DNA of 64,000 nt from NCBI GenBank assembly GCA_019057865.1, contig JAHLWP010000001.1, positions 1-64,000 on the forward strand, given 5' to 3'. The DNA comes from Promethearchaeota archaeon (GTDB lineage: Archaea; Asgardarchaeota; Lokiarchaeia; Sigyniarchaeales; SOKP01). A program made the position numbers and the translations under genes. Shown one piece after another: positions 53,001 through 63,009 of the stretch. The first letter of the stretch is position 1. Every line of letters starts with the position of its first letter. The notes under the pieces are model-generated. The model saw only the letters and a program-made list of their open reading frames with translations, was not told the DNA's origin and made no database searches.

Positions 53001-54357
53001 TTCATATACAGTTTTGATAACTGCAACAAAACCTGGTTTTGATACTGCTTTTAATTCGACAGAGATTACACTCTTAGATATACCTACCCGATTGAGCGCT
53101 AATGAAAGTAAATCCTACGCAAACTGGCTAGAACAACTCACTTTTGACGTTCATTTAGAATATGATGATTCTGGAATTTGGAGTGATTTAGATAATGCCC
53201 AGATTACATATTATGTATTTCAAGCTCCTGAGATCTTCGGAACTTTAACATGGTACGGTTCTGGTGGTTTATACAGGTTAGAAATGGACAGTACTGATTT
53301 TCCTGGAACGGGTGATTATGATTTAATTATAACAGCAATCCTACAAAATTATGAACCAAAAACAATTAACCATGAAATTGCAGTTCTTGAAATCAGAACA
53401 CTTTTGAATAGCTCGATATCAGTTTTTCAAAGCGTACAAGTCTATTTTAGTGAATCAGAGACTTTTTACTTTAATTATACTGAAGCTGCAACTGGTTTGG
53501 GATTATCTGGTGCTGAAATAGCTAAATTTGATTGGGAAAAGCAAGATGACCAAGGTAATCGTATAGGCGGAGGTTATGATGTTCCTCTGGTAAATGTAAT
53601 TGAAGGAATATATGCTCTCGATTTTGATACAGAGACTTTAGATATTGCGACTTATATATTTGATATTATAATTAAAAAAAATAATTACGAAGATAGAAGA
53701 GCAACCCTTTATCTTTATATTACAAATAGAGATTTTACCCCAATAGAAAAAAGAAAATACGAAGTTGTTTCTGGAAAATCATTAACAATCACACTAAACA
53801 TTACAGACTTTAAAACTCATGAACAATTAGATATCAATACTGCTTATGTATCATTTAGGGGTCAAACTTTCAACTTTACTGGAAGTGGAGGAATTTATAC
53901 ATCTACAATCACGAATATTCCTGATGCATTTATTATGCCAGAGACATTTCTTGGAACAATTACAATTATGAGAGAAAATTATACAACATTAGAAATCCAA
54001 ATTACAGTTGAGGTTCTTATGGTAGAGATTTTTCCAGGTATGCCACTATTCTATTTCTTAATGATTGTTGTCGCTGTGGGTGCTGTTGCTGGTAGTTTAG
54101 TTACTTATCGATATGTACAGCAACGCAGAATTCCTAAATTTGTTAAGAAAGCCAGAGAGATGAGAAGTAACATTAAAGGAAGAAAATCAATTTCGGATTC
54201 ACTTTTGTACCCTTCAAAAGAAGATTATATAATAAAGAGATTAGGAGATAAATGGGAAATGTTAGGATTGTCATTAGAAGATATACTAGGAATAGAAAGT
54301 AAGAAACGAAAAAATATGTCAGAAATTACTGAAGAATTTGAAGGAGGTGGTTTATAA
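50047..54357 (+). CDS. Large cell-surface protein: signal peptide, LamG/ConA-like domain, Ig-like repeats, C-terminal TM and cytoplasmic tail
   Basis: Hydrophobic N-terminus; WWNTTYRYRI; FDGSNDYV...TAWIKP...FEGSIDEVAFY; many NxS/T sequons; TM then a basic tail. Confidence 0.85.
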   Translation: MNTNFHKNTKCLISVILLSMLVVSSLSTIFPTTSNEMNSDSDLGTDPLNPIDDNLEISDTYQVGDEYELDEWWNTTYRYRIGIEMEELDGIDRYEPVELILEFEENTYYEGTERIVAYYGYNNWSDPIPVQVWNVNKYSGTDFIQNCSATFIASVSANSNQTYFFYYNENDDNIETVDIYDTGFESDFIGGTTLTVNVAGDSGSDYSLILQEGFGVKVLKKDGIDLNYHQAESLAPEKQLTHPNLVFLAHMDENMGNMVYDSTGNVPLGGFVDGATWTSGIVRYGLLFDGSNDYVDFGAELESSGDPFHGATTQWTMTAWIKPDDLSDSTATNHGTQNCFMAKASDPRNDNFEIGVNTNGKIHVYLDMDGRDSQLNFDLTGTVEVDKWNFVALKVDLAKSNYKVGVKVNDASFQYTTNWDSGNDMDEAYGSTFSIGSSEHIDNYFEGSIDEVAFYDIPLSDEDIENYKYLSEPSVIDQIIQLVKGDVFSRYQVDWTETFDMHVSDICTFYWDYNLWSIERSIYFDGPYYANESAMIPLNTHYNYTLIDDHDLCRYIYDGNIDIDITDPDFTAEDYTVVYNYPDLSKDAIGIFVENYTLTNSLQMSMTYFNGTTKYYDNSIDFTPGVNNDLDNSGGTAINTLVVQFWEFVDTVPYIGDNELSWYFNNISSSLKNPVNIYIYEEDSRFYNIEVYVEDSDGRPVPEATITIWNNTASATEYQWNQDTDTIGWTTFKRFINGTYVVNASYVRYGQTLTITTSQTVVNLGDIVDEKGVYTINFLNVDLTSIVLNCSRYDELFDWQGPLSGAKLNFTFDDGTGPVVLNGYETTNATGAAVFRWKDTTSGNISVSIFWYVDWMDDIYTADDNLPGDITIINLNFTESAWHEVSIIEGREFQTHLRVYDEGVQLKQLGQIIYLWVNFSYTENNTNPKGMEEPLTITMDLKDATRVINQNTLVFSSGTGAGNYSITFDTSQPIEMGGESWLSSVSYTVLITATKPGFDTAFNSTEITLLDIPTRLSANESKSYANWLEQLTFDVHLEYDDSGIWSDLDNAQITYYVFQAPEIFGTLTWYGSGGLYRLEMDSTDFPGTGDYDLIITAILQNYEPKTINHEIAVLEIRTLLNSSISVFQSVQVYFSESETFYFNYTEAATGLGLSGAEIAKFDWEKQDDQGNRIGGGYDVPLVNVIEGIYALDFDTETLDIATYIFDIIIKKNNYEDRRATLYLYITNRDFTPIEKRKYEVVSGKSLTITLNITDFKTHEQLDINTAYVSFRGQTFNFTGSGGIYTSTITNIPDAFIMPETFLGTITIMRENYTTLEIQITVEVLMVEIFPGMPLFYFLMIVVAVGAVAGSLVTYRYVQQRRIPKFVKKAREMRSNIKGRKSISDSLLYPSKEDYIIKRLGDKWEMLGLSLEDILGIESKKRKNMSEITEEFEGGGL

Positions 54358-55460
54358 TGCCAATTGGATTAGTAGTTATGAGATGGGATGAAAGAGTTGG
54401 TACTGAAATATTGGCAAAATATCCACCAGAAATAAATGTGACTGATAAAACACTTATGCAAGTATACAGCACACATGAATATAGCGGAGAGTCAGGGATG
54501 ATCAGTTTAATGATTGGCTCATTAAATATCGCATCATACTATACTGGCCCTGAAAGGGGCTTTTACATTTTATTACTTTTGAATATAGATGATGATCCTG
54601 ATGCTTATGAAGGCGGATTAGCTGATACTTCTAGGATGATTTTACAAAATCTTGAGGATGATTCATATTTACAATTGATTCCTTCACTTTTTCGAAGGCT
54701 ATCTGTTTATCCTACACTTAATAACGAGCAACGATTAGCTATGACATACCAAGACGAAATTAAACGTATGATTGTTAATCGTCTTAGAGATGAAGGCGTG
54801 GTTTCGAAATCTGAACTAATGGTTTGGTTAAAAGATAGGTATAAACAAGGTTTTGTTGATCTAGAAGGAGTTTTAATCGAATTAATTAAACGGGAAATCA
54901 TTAAAGAAGCTTCAGTAAAAGGAATGCCATCTGAATTAATATTTCTTACCAATGATATTTTGATGATGCGAGTTCCACCGGTTAAACTTCTCACTGATCC
55001 TGCGGATCGAGGATTACCTTCTCAACTTGTTAGCGATTACAGAACAGAATCTAAAAAATATTTCCAAAACTACCACCCAACAGAAGAAGACAATCTCAGA
55101 ATCATTGACATCATAATAAACCCACAGGTTTATGAAACATTACGTTTATTAAGAACTGCAATTGTTACTAAAAACGATCTAGAGAAACTCAAAAAGAAAG
55201 GCGTTGATGATGTTGATGAAATATTAAAGATGTTATGGGACAATCAAATGATCCAAGTCTTCCAAGATGAACGCAATAATGAATATTATGCTCTTGTAAC
55301 TGATTTCTATTTAGACCTTATATTTCCGAAATATCTTCTTAATATCATAAAAACAGAGTACGAACAAAAATCAAAAGCAGATCAAGTATTAATTGAATAC
55401 CTAACCGTTCTTGAAAATGCTTATACGAATTTAAAAGCAGCTATGAAATCGAAAGAGTAA
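54357..55460 (+). CDS. Conserved protein with an N-terminal uDENN/longin-like domain
   Basis: GLVVMRWDERVGTEILAKYP resembles the uDENN F/WD..G.....YP start; TAATG overlap with the upstream gene. Confidence 0.6.
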   Translation: MPIGLVVMRWDERVGTEILAKYPPEINVTDKTLMQVYSTHEYSGESGMISLMIGSLNIASYYTGPERGFYILLLLNIDDDPDAYEGGLADTSRMILQNLEDDSYLQLIPSLFRRLSVYPTLNNEQRLAMTYQDEIKRMIVNRLRDEGVVSKSELMVWLKDRYKQGFVDLEGVLIELIKREIIKEASVKGMPSELIFLTNDILMMRVPPVKLLTDPADRGLPSQLVSDYRTESKKYFQNYHPTEEDNLRIIDIIINPQVYETLRLLRTAIVTKNDLEKLKKKGVDDVDEILKMLWDNQMIQVFQDERNNEYYALVTDFYLDLIFPKYLLNIIKTEYEQKSKADQVLIEYLTVLENAYTNLKAAMKSKE

Positions 55461-55582
55461 ATTTTTAATAATTAAGTTTTTTTTTTTTTCTTATCCTATA
55501 GTTTCTTGTTTTAATCAAAACATTTTTCTACTTTTCGAGATTCTTTGACTTGATTAAAATTAAAAATATAGTGTGAAAAATT

Positions 55583-56902
55583 TTGGACTCAACAGAACAA
55601 TATTGGGAAACTCCCGAAGCAATGATGGATGGTATTGACTTAGAAAAATATATTATTGCATCATACATTATCAAACGTCCTCGTGGAATGAATGTTAATT
55701 ATTTGGCTCGTTTCGCTGCTATTGAACAATCAACTGGAACTTGGATAAGAGTACCAGCAGAAACTGCAGAAGTACGAAAACATCATGTCGCAAGAGTGCT
55801 TGGAGTTTATGAGTTGCCACATTATGAATACGTATTGCCGCCGAAGGATCAGTTAAAAGAGAGAATATATTTTGTGCAAATCGGATTTCCAATTGTAAAT
55901 ATTAAGGGAATGGGTATACCCATGCTATTCACGACTGTGATTGGTAATATTAGTATCACACATGGTTTAAAACTAGTAGATTTAGCATTTCCTAAAGCAT
56001 GGTTAGAAGATTTTAAAGGCCCTAAGTTCGGGATTGATGGAATTAGAAAACTTATGAATATACCTGAACGACCTCTATTAAATAATATGGTTAAACCTTG
56101 TACCGGTCACACTTGCGATGTCGCAGCTGATTTAGTATATAAAGCTGCAGTCGGTGGTTGTGATGTTGTAAAAGATGATGAGTTAATTTCTAATCCTTCC
56201 TTTAATACATTAGAAGAAAGAATTACAAAAGTCATGGAAGCTGTCGATAGAGCTGATTCTGAGAAAGGTGAGAAAACATTATATACTATCAATATCACTA
56301 CGAAATTCCCAGAGATGTTTGAAAAAGCTGACAAAATGATAGAATTAGGAGCAAATGCGTTAATGATAAATTATATAGCCACAGGTTATGAAGCTCTAAG
56401 ACAAATTGCTGAAGACCCTTCGATTAAAGTGCCAATCCTCGGTCATATGGATTTCGGTGGTTGTATGTTTGGTGGTGAATGGACAGGGATGACGAGCATG
56501 TTAACTTTTGGCAAATTACCGCGAATCTGTGGTGCTGATACAGTTGTAATTCCGGCTCCATATGGAAAAGCAGAAATCTTAGAAGAAAGATATGAACAAA
56601 ACCTAAAAGCACTTCGATATCCATTACAACATATTAAACCAACACTACCTATGCCTTCAGGGGGTATCACACCAGGGATGGTGGAGAAGACCATGAAGGA
56701 AGCTGGTAAAGATATTCTTATTGGTAGTGGTGGAGGTATTCATAGCCATCCTGATGGACCAATAGCAGGAGCAAAAGCCTTTAGGCAAGCAATTAATGCT
56801 GTCATGCAAGGAAAGAATGTAAGAGAAGTAGCTAAGGAGAAAAAAGAATTGGGAATAGCTCTTGGTGTTTGGGGTGGTGGAAAAACCCAATTAATAGAAT
56901 AA
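55583..56902 (+). CDS. RuBisCO-like protein (form IV)
   Basis: EQSTGTW, GPKFG, KP, GG.DVVKDDE, PSGG, GGG..SHPDG; HMDFGG and VVIPAPYGK replace HRA.H and H.GT..GK. Confidence 0.88.
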   Translation: MDSTEQYWETPEAMMDGIDLEKYIIASYIIKRPRGMNVNYLARFAAIEQSTGTWIRVPAETAEVRKHHVARVLGVYELPHYEYVLPPKDQLKERIYFVQIGFPIVNIKGMGIPMLFTTVIGNISITHGLKLVDLAFPKAWLEDFKGPKFGIDGIRKLMNIPERPLLNNMVKPCTGHTCDVAADLVYKAAVGGCDVVKDDELISNPSFNTLEERITKVMEAVDRADSEKGEKTLYTINITTKFPEMFEKADKMIELGANALMINYIATGYEALRQIAEDPSIKVPILGHMDFGGCMFGGEWTGMTSMLTFGKLPRICGADTVVIPAPYGKAEILEERYEQNLKALRYPLQHIKPTLPMPSGGITPGMVEKTMKEAGKDILIGSGGGIHSHPDGPIAGAKAFRQAINAVMQGKNVREVAKEKKELGIALGVWGGGKTQLIE

Positions 56903-56914
56903 ATTACTTTTTTT

Positions 56915-57883
56915 TCATTTTATTTTGATGTAAGAATCATTTAGAATAACTCTTATTTTTGGATTAAACTCATTAATTTTGACATTTTTAGCTAGTTCAT
57001 TACCTCTTAAATCTAAATATTCTAGAGATAGTAAGGTCTTTAGATGATTAATATTCTCTAAATCAGTAATCTTATTATTTGTTAGTATTATAATCTTTAA
57101 ATTTAATAATTGGATCAACTCTTTAATGTTGGTAATTTGATTATTTGAAAGATCTATTTTCTCTAAATTGTTTAAATTGAGCAAGCCGTTGATATCAGAA
57201 AGTTTTTTTATATTATTTTTCCATCCCCATGGGGTCCCTTTAACTTCAAATTCCATATAATCTGATAAATCTAATTCCTTTATTAAAGCAGTTTGGGGAT
57301 CCAATTCATAATATACATTTGGAAACTGTTCTATTAAATGACGAATAGTTAAGTAATTAATCAAGATTTCACTTAATTCTTTATGAGTTAAATCCTCATA
57401 TTTTCTTTCTCTAAATAATCCTTTTAGAGTTTTTTTAAATCTTTTATTTTGAATGTTTTTATCCTTATTCAGATATTTTGTTTTTCTAATTTTTTTCAAT
57501 TGTTCAATTAAAATTGCTTTAGCTTCTTTGTCATTAATTTTTTCTAATGTCTTGATTATTGTTACCAAGCATTCATAATTCGATTCATGTTTAATCGCCC
57601 ATTTTAAAGGGACTAGTGCTTTTTCATTACTAAATTTCTTTTCTATAACTTTTGCTGCAGCATTTCTAATGTTTCCATTTGAATCAGAAATTAAAGCATT
57701 TTCCAAGATAATAAATGTTTTACCATTAAAAATTCCTATTTTTTCTAGGCTTTCAATGGATTTTACTCTATCATTTTCATTTTCACTATTTTCAATTAAT
57801 GAAATAAGGAGATCAAATGCTGTATGTTTATCTAAGTTATTATTCTCAAATTCTTCGCAAATTTTTTCTGGGGTTAAAATCAT
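56915..57883 (-). CDS. HEAT-repeat plus leucine-rich-repeat protein
   Basis: LENALISDSNGNIRNAAA; LEKIDLSNNQI, LEYLDLRGN. Confidence 0.85.
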   Translation of the reverse strand: MILTPEKICEEFENNNLDKHTAFDLLISLIENSENENDRVKSIESLEKIGIFNGKTFIILENALISDSNGNIRNAAAKVIEKKFSNEKALVPLKWAIKHESNYECLVTIIKTLEKINDKEAKAILIEQLKKIRKTKYLNKDKNIQNKRFKKTLKGLFRERKYEDLTHKELSEILINYLTIRHLIEQFPNVYYELDPQTALIKELDLSDYMEFEVKGTPWGWKNNIKKLSDINGLLNLNNLEKIDLSNNQITNIKELIQLLNLKIIILTNNKITDLENINHLKTLLSLEYLDLRGNELAKNVKINEFNPKIRVILNDSYIKIK

Positions 57884-57903
57884 GTTAATTTTTATAACTT
57901 ATT

Positions 57904-60381
57904 TTAAATAATTTTGATTTCTAAAGAGATTTTATTCTTAAATTTGACAAATAATTTCCAGATATCATTTACTGGATCAATGATGGAATATTTAAAATTA
58001 TATTTTTCAATTTTTTTATTTTTTGGAAGTTTAAGAATAAGAAATCCTTCTCTAATCCCTATTAACTCAATTTCAATATTTAGTTCATTATATTCTTTAT
58101 ATTCATAACTTTTTACTTCACAACATCCTTGAGTAATATGTAAATTTGTAGAGAGTAAGATTGGTAAATCTTTTTCTCCATTTACTGGAATTAAATTAAG
58201 GTGTTTACATGCATGAGGATTAATTCTTGCTATTTTTATAGTATCATGAGTTTTATATTCCCCTAAGAATTTACTGTCCCAAAAATCATAAATATAGAAT
58301 TTTTTTAGATCATCAGAAAGATTTGGAATAATCTCAGATATTTTTAATTCTTTTGATATTGAATTATCTTCCCAATTGATAATTGCAATTAAATATCTTT
58401 TTCCTATAATTTCATTGGTTTCAAGCATATAGACAGAAGGCAATACTGAAGTGAATGCATCAATTAATATAGGATCATATTCATTTGAGTTATAGGGAGG
58501 CATTAATAATGTCGCATCATTGATTTCATCATCAGTTAGTTTAGTCATATCATCTGAAATTAAGATCTGACCTCCTGATAATCCAAATACTGTTATTTGT
58601 AGTTTTATTTCATCATTAGTTAATTTTGTATCAGTTCTTCTAATCATCAAGCAATCAGGATCATTTATCCAAAAATATTTATGCATAAAAGAACGATAGA
58701 GGATATTAAGTAAGGCTTCCATTAAGGCTGGTTGAGGTATCCCTCCTCCAATCTCATATTTCTCAAAATAATTAGCTATCCATTGAGGTGCGGTATCTTC
58801 ACTTATTCTCATGGCATCTACTAATCCAACACATGGTCCAAGTGGAGCACCACAGCCTAGAAGAAAGGAATCATCAGTAATAGCTTCTCTTATTGTCTTT
58901 AGGCCATTATAGTATAATTGGGCTCTCGTTAACGTTTTATCTTTATAATCTGCTCCAAAAGGAACAGCAGCATGAAGAAAATCGATTTTAAAAAATTCTA
59001 TCAAAGGATTTTCAGATTCAGAGTAATTTCTTTTAAATGCAAATACAAGGTCTTTAAAAAATTCATTTAAATACTCAAGTACTTCTTGATTAGATAGATC
59101 CAATCCATATTCTGAAGCCCCCCAATTAAAACATACTCTTAATAACTTATTTGACTTTTTAAGAAACCAATCTCGATGATTTGTAAATAAAGCAGATTTT
59201 TTCACCGCAAAAAAGGGTGCTGTCCATATGCCACCCTTAAATCCAGATTTCTTTATTTGATCAAATAACCATTCTAGACCTTTTTGAAATTTATTGTTTA
59301 TATGACTATAATCTCCTATTTTGGTAAAATATCCATCATCTAATTGGATAAAATCAATAGGCAAACTCTCTCTATTTTCTTTGAAAAAATTTAAATTTTT
59401 AATCATATCTTCTAGGGTAATATTAGTAAAATAATAATACCAACTACACCATCCAGTAGGTATTTTATCTATTCTTTTTTCTTTTATAAATGCTTTAACA
59501 GTTTTAGCATAATCAATCAATCCATAATACCCAAGATTATTTGATTTAAAACAAATAAATAGTTCTTCAGAAGAATTAATTGAGGATTCATTCAATTTAA
59601 TTCCATCCATACACCCGAAAGCAGTGAATAATTTAATATCTTCAGAAGTTTCATAATCCAATATTAATCTAGTGAATTGATCTTTGAATGAAATAAACCC
59701 TAAAATTAGAGTATTTTTAGACTGTAAATCTGTAACAGCTGTGCAATATTCACTATAAAACCTTCCCTCAATTTTATAGTCCTGATTATCATACATTAAA
59801 TTAAATACTTCTGTAGATGGCCCTTTATTATCTTTTTCATTTCCAAAAAAAATTCTACAAGGGCTCCAACTCTGAAATCCATTCTTAAACCATGTTATAT
59901 TATTTAGATTTGTGGGAGAGTCATCCCCAGATAACCATAACTTACTATTTTTAATAGTTAAAGGTGCTAAACTATGTACTGCTAAAGGATTTTTAGCTTT
60001 ATCATTAATATCTATTAATCTTATTAGAATAAAATGCTTATTATCATAAATTTTAAACTGGATTTTGTAGAATACTTCTTGTTCTTTATTATTAAATGAT
60101 TTAAAAATAATCTTCATGCCTGTTCCTATTGAATCCTCAATTTTTTCAACTTTACTATTAAAAGTATATTTTGTAGAACTATATTCTATTAAATCATTCA
60201 TATCAACCTTATAAAAATTCAATGATGAATAGCAACCTTTAAGGGAACACTTACTTTCATTATCTAAATCAAAATAGATAACATATTTTCCTCGATCCTG
60301 TCCGTTCTTATAAAATTTAAAACCAATAATTCCATTATGAACTTCAACTATATCATAATTGTTTTGAATTATATTTAACAA
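57904..60381 (-). CDS. Alpha-galactosidase, GH36
   Basis: GFQSWS, GWCSWY, IQLDDGY, GIWTAPF, KIDFL, LGCGAP, MRISED, NDPDC. Confidence 0.9.
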   Translation of the reverse strand: MLNIIQNNYDIVEVHNGIIGFKFYKNGQDRGKYVIYFDLDNESKCSLKGCYSSLNFYKVDMNDLIEYSSTKYTFNSKVEKIEDSIGTGMKIIFKSFNNKEQEVFYKIQFKIYDNKHFILIRLIDINDKAKNPLAVHSLAPLTIKNSKLWLSGDDSPTNLNNITWFKNGFQSWSPCRIFFGNEKDNKGPSTEVFNLMYDNQDYKIEGRFYSEYCTAVTDLQSKNTLILGFISFKDQFTRLILDYETSEDIKLFTAFGCMDGIKLNESSINSSEELFICFKSNNLGYYGLIDYAKTVKAFIKEKRIDKIPTGWCSWYYYFTNITLEDMIKNLNFFKENRESLPIDFIQLDDGYFTKIGDYSHINNKFQKGLEWLFDQIKKSGFKGGIWTAPFFAVKKSALFTNHRDWFLKKSNKLLRVCFNWGASEYGLDLSNQEVLEYLNEFFKDLVFAFKRNYSESENPLIEFFKIDFLHAAVPFGADYKDKTLTRAQLYYNGLKTIREAITDDSFLLGCGAPLGPCVGLVDAMRISEDTAPQWIANYFEKYEIGGGIPQPALMEALLNILYRSFMHKYFWINDPDCLMIRRTDTKLTNDEIKLQITVFGLSGGQILISDDMTKLTDDEINDATLLMPPYNSNEYDPILIDAFTSVLPSVYMLETNEIIGKRYLIAIINWEDNSISKELKISEIIPNLSDDLKKFYIYDFWDSKFLGEYKTHDTIKIARINPHACKHLNLIPVNGEKDLPILLSTNLHITQGCCEVKSYEYKEYNELNIEIELIGIREGFLILKLPKNKKIEKYNFKYSIIDPVNDIWKLFVKFKNKISLEIKII

Positions 60382-60542
60382 AATTATCTCCCCCCATATA
60401 ATCCATCAAGTTATATAATAATAGTCTTAAATTATTATCTTAATAAATTATTTCTTGTTTTACTTAATACTCAATAGAGTCTGAATTAAATATTTAATAA
60501 ATTAAAAGTAGCATAGGAGGATAGTTTAATTCTTCATTCAAT

Positions 60543-61766
60543 CTAATTGTCAAAACTAAAAGGAGGAAATTTTCTTCTTTTATTAAAATCTTCTTTTAAT
60601 TTGGTCTTTAATTCATTAAATGGTTGAAGATTTCCTGAAAAGGATATCTCTGTTAATGGATTTATGTTTGCATCCAATAATTCCTCAACTTTTTCAATTT
60701 TTCCTAAATTACCTTCAGAGAGTAGATTTAAATAGTAATCATTCTGATATTTTCTGAAGGTAAGAAATCGGTATTTTTGAAAGCCTAATTTGACAGCAAT
60801 CCATCGAGGTATAGCACCAGTATTTCCTTGAGTATTGGCAGCAATAGCTTCAATTTTTGCCGTAAGCATAGATTCTTTCATTTCTAAATCTTCATTAGGA
60901 TCTTCATATTCTCCCGGGAATTCAATATTTAGCTCATCTCCGCTTAATAAAAGGGAAATTACACCAATGGACATGGAAGATAAGCCAAGATAATCAATTC
61001 TGATATTATCTTCTACATAACCAAGGTCCTCATCTCCAAATATTTCCTGCAATTTAAGATATTCTTCTAAAATAAATTTTGTCCTTCGTTTAAAATCCTT
61101 TTCAAGTTCAAATTTCTCAAATTTATCTAATTTTTCAACGTTTCTTCCTCCCACTAATTCTTTAAAATGGTTTGACATATGTTCTAAAATCCACTTACCC
61201 TTTTTATCAGGAAATTTCCCATAAACTAAATATATGATGTTATGTCTTTCATAAAATTGACATTTCTCTTTTTCATCCTTTTCTTCAGATATAAGAAGCA
61301 TTTTATCAAGATCTCCCCCTAAAATGCTAGTAGCTATATAATCTAAATTATTTGTCAATTCTAAAAGATAAATATAGTTTTGATTACTACAATAAAGTGG
61401 GGTTCTCTCAACTGAAGTAATACCGAGTAGTTTTATATATTCACCTTTAGTTAATTCAATTTTATTACTCTCTAAATTAATACCTAAAACTTTTTTTGGT
61501 TTAACTTTTACCTTACCTTTAAGTTTTGTAGATAGTGTATCAGTTTTAGTTTCGAATTGTTTAGGTTCAGTTTTTAACTGGACATCTTCTGAAATATAAT
61601 CATATAATTCAGCAAGAAACTTACCACATTTCGGACACATTGAATCCTTAGGATAAGGTTTTACAAGTTTATATCTACAGTACTGACATATAATCTCATC
61701 TTTTCTCTTATTTGGAGGAAATAATGCCTTTGGAATAAGTACCAACTCGCCGAAAAAATTAATCAA
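60543..61766 (-). CDS. Hypothetical protein with an N-terminal Zn ribbon and possible longin-like domains
   Basis: CQYC...CPKCG; alpha/beta C-terminal part; start uncertain. Confidence 0.65.
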   Translation of the reverse strand: MINFFGELVLIPKALFPPNKRKDEIICQYCRYKLVKPYPKDSMCPKCGKFLAELYDYISEDVQLKTEPKQFETKTDTLSTKLKGKVKVKPKKVLGINLESNKIELTKGEYIKLLGITSVERTPLYCSNQNYIYLLELTNNLDYIATSILGGDLDKMLLISEEKDEKEKCQFYERHNIIYLVYGKFPDKKGKWILEHMSNHFKELVGGRNVEKLDKFEKFELEKDFKRRTKFILEEYLKLQEIFGDEDLGYVEDNIRIDYLGLSSMSIGVISLLLSGDELNIEFPGEYEDPNEDLEMKESMLTAKIEAIAANTQGNTGAIPRWIAVKLGFQKYRFLTFRKYQNDYYLNLLSEGNLGKIEKVEELLDANINPLTEISFSGNLQPFNELKTKLKEDFNKRRKFPPFSFDN

Positions 61767-61811
61767 TTTAAATTTAAGTAGGTAAAGTTTTAAATTTTTT
61801 GATTTTTAGGA

Positions 61812-62897
61812 TTATAAATACTTTTTTGTTATTTCATTAAAAGCCTTTAAAAATTTATCATTATCTTCTTTTTTACCAATTGTCATTCTAATATAGTTAT
61901 AAAGTCCTGGTTTACTAAAATGTCTTATAAGTATTTTCATCTCTTTTAGATCCCATATAAACTTTAATGTTTTAGACTCATCCTCAAATTTTATAAATAT
62001 AAAATTAGCATCTGAAGGTAGTACAGAAATTCCAGGATATTTATTTAGTTCCTCAGTTAATCTCTCTCTTTCTTCTATAATCTTTTCATTTTGTTCATAT
62101 ATTTTATTTCTATGCTTAATACATGATAATGCTGCAACTTGTCCTAAATAATTTGTATTATAAGGTAATTTAACTCTATTCATTTCTTTAATGATATTAG
62201 GATCTGCTAAAGCATATCCAATTCTTAAAGATGCAAGTGAGAAACTTTTTGAAAAGGTACGATTAACTATTAAATTTTTAACTTTTTTTAACAATGGTAA
62301 GCATGTTTCATCTGAGAAATCAGCATAGGCTTCATCTACAACAACGATACCTGGAAAACTCCCACAGAGTTTTAATATTGTCGCATTACCAAATGATTTA
62401 CCATTAGGATTGTTAGGTGAATTAATAAATAATAATTTTCCTTTTGCTGAAAAAGCAGATTCTGGTATTGAAAAATCATTATTTAATTTTATTTCATTAA
62501 TTTTTGCATTATAAAGCGTAGCTAATACCTTATATAACCCATATGTTGGATAAAAAATAACAATTTCATCACCAGGGTCAAGAAATACCTTAAAAATAAC
62601 ATCTAAAATCTCATCAGAACCATTACCAATAAAAATTGAATTTCTATTTGTTAAAGTATCTTTATCACTTAATAACACAGATAAAACCATCTTTCGAAGT
62701 TCAAATGATGTTGGATCGGGATAAAGTCTGATATTTTCATTTATAGATTTTTTAATATCATCTAAAATTTCCGGAAGAGGTGGATAGGGGTTTTCATTTG
62801 TATTTAATATAACCCAACCGTCATCAGTGGGTTGGTCTTCGGTTTCATAAGCAGAATAATTCTTAAGATTCGTTCTTACTAATTCATTTAAATCCAT
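61812..62897 (-). CDS. hisC: Histidinol-phosphate aminotransferase
   Basis: LNTNENPY, YPD, GNGSDE, PNNP.G, VDEAY, RTFSK..SLA.LRIGY. Confidence 0.95.
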   Translation of the reverse strand: MDLNELVRTNLKNYSAYETEDQPTDDGWVILNTNENPYPPLPEILDDIKKSINENIRLYPDPTSFELRKMVLSVLLSDKDTLTNRNSIFIGNGSDEILDVIFKVFLDPGDEIVIFYPTYGLYKVLATLYNAKINEIKLNNDFSIPESAFSAKGKLLFINSPNNPNGKSFGNATILKLCGSFPGIVVVDEAYADFSDETCLPLLKKVKNLIVNRTFSKSFSLASLRIGYALADPNIIKEMNRVKLPYNTNYLGQVAALSCIKHRNKIYEQNEKIIEERERLTEELNKYPGISVLPSDANFIFIKFEDESKTLKFIWDLKEMKILIRHFSKPGLYNYIRMTIGKKEDNDKFLKAFNEITKKYL

Positions 62898-63009
62898 ATT
62901 TATTACCCTTTGAAAATTTTGATTTCTTTTGAGAATATCTTAATAATTCAATAATTTATGCAAGAGAATAATATAATTTAATTTTTGTCTTTTGTTCTCT
63001 CTTAATCTT

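Noticed and set aside
55583-56902. Bona fide CO2-fixing RuBisCO (form III)
   Set aside because: Several RuBP-binding residues are substituted
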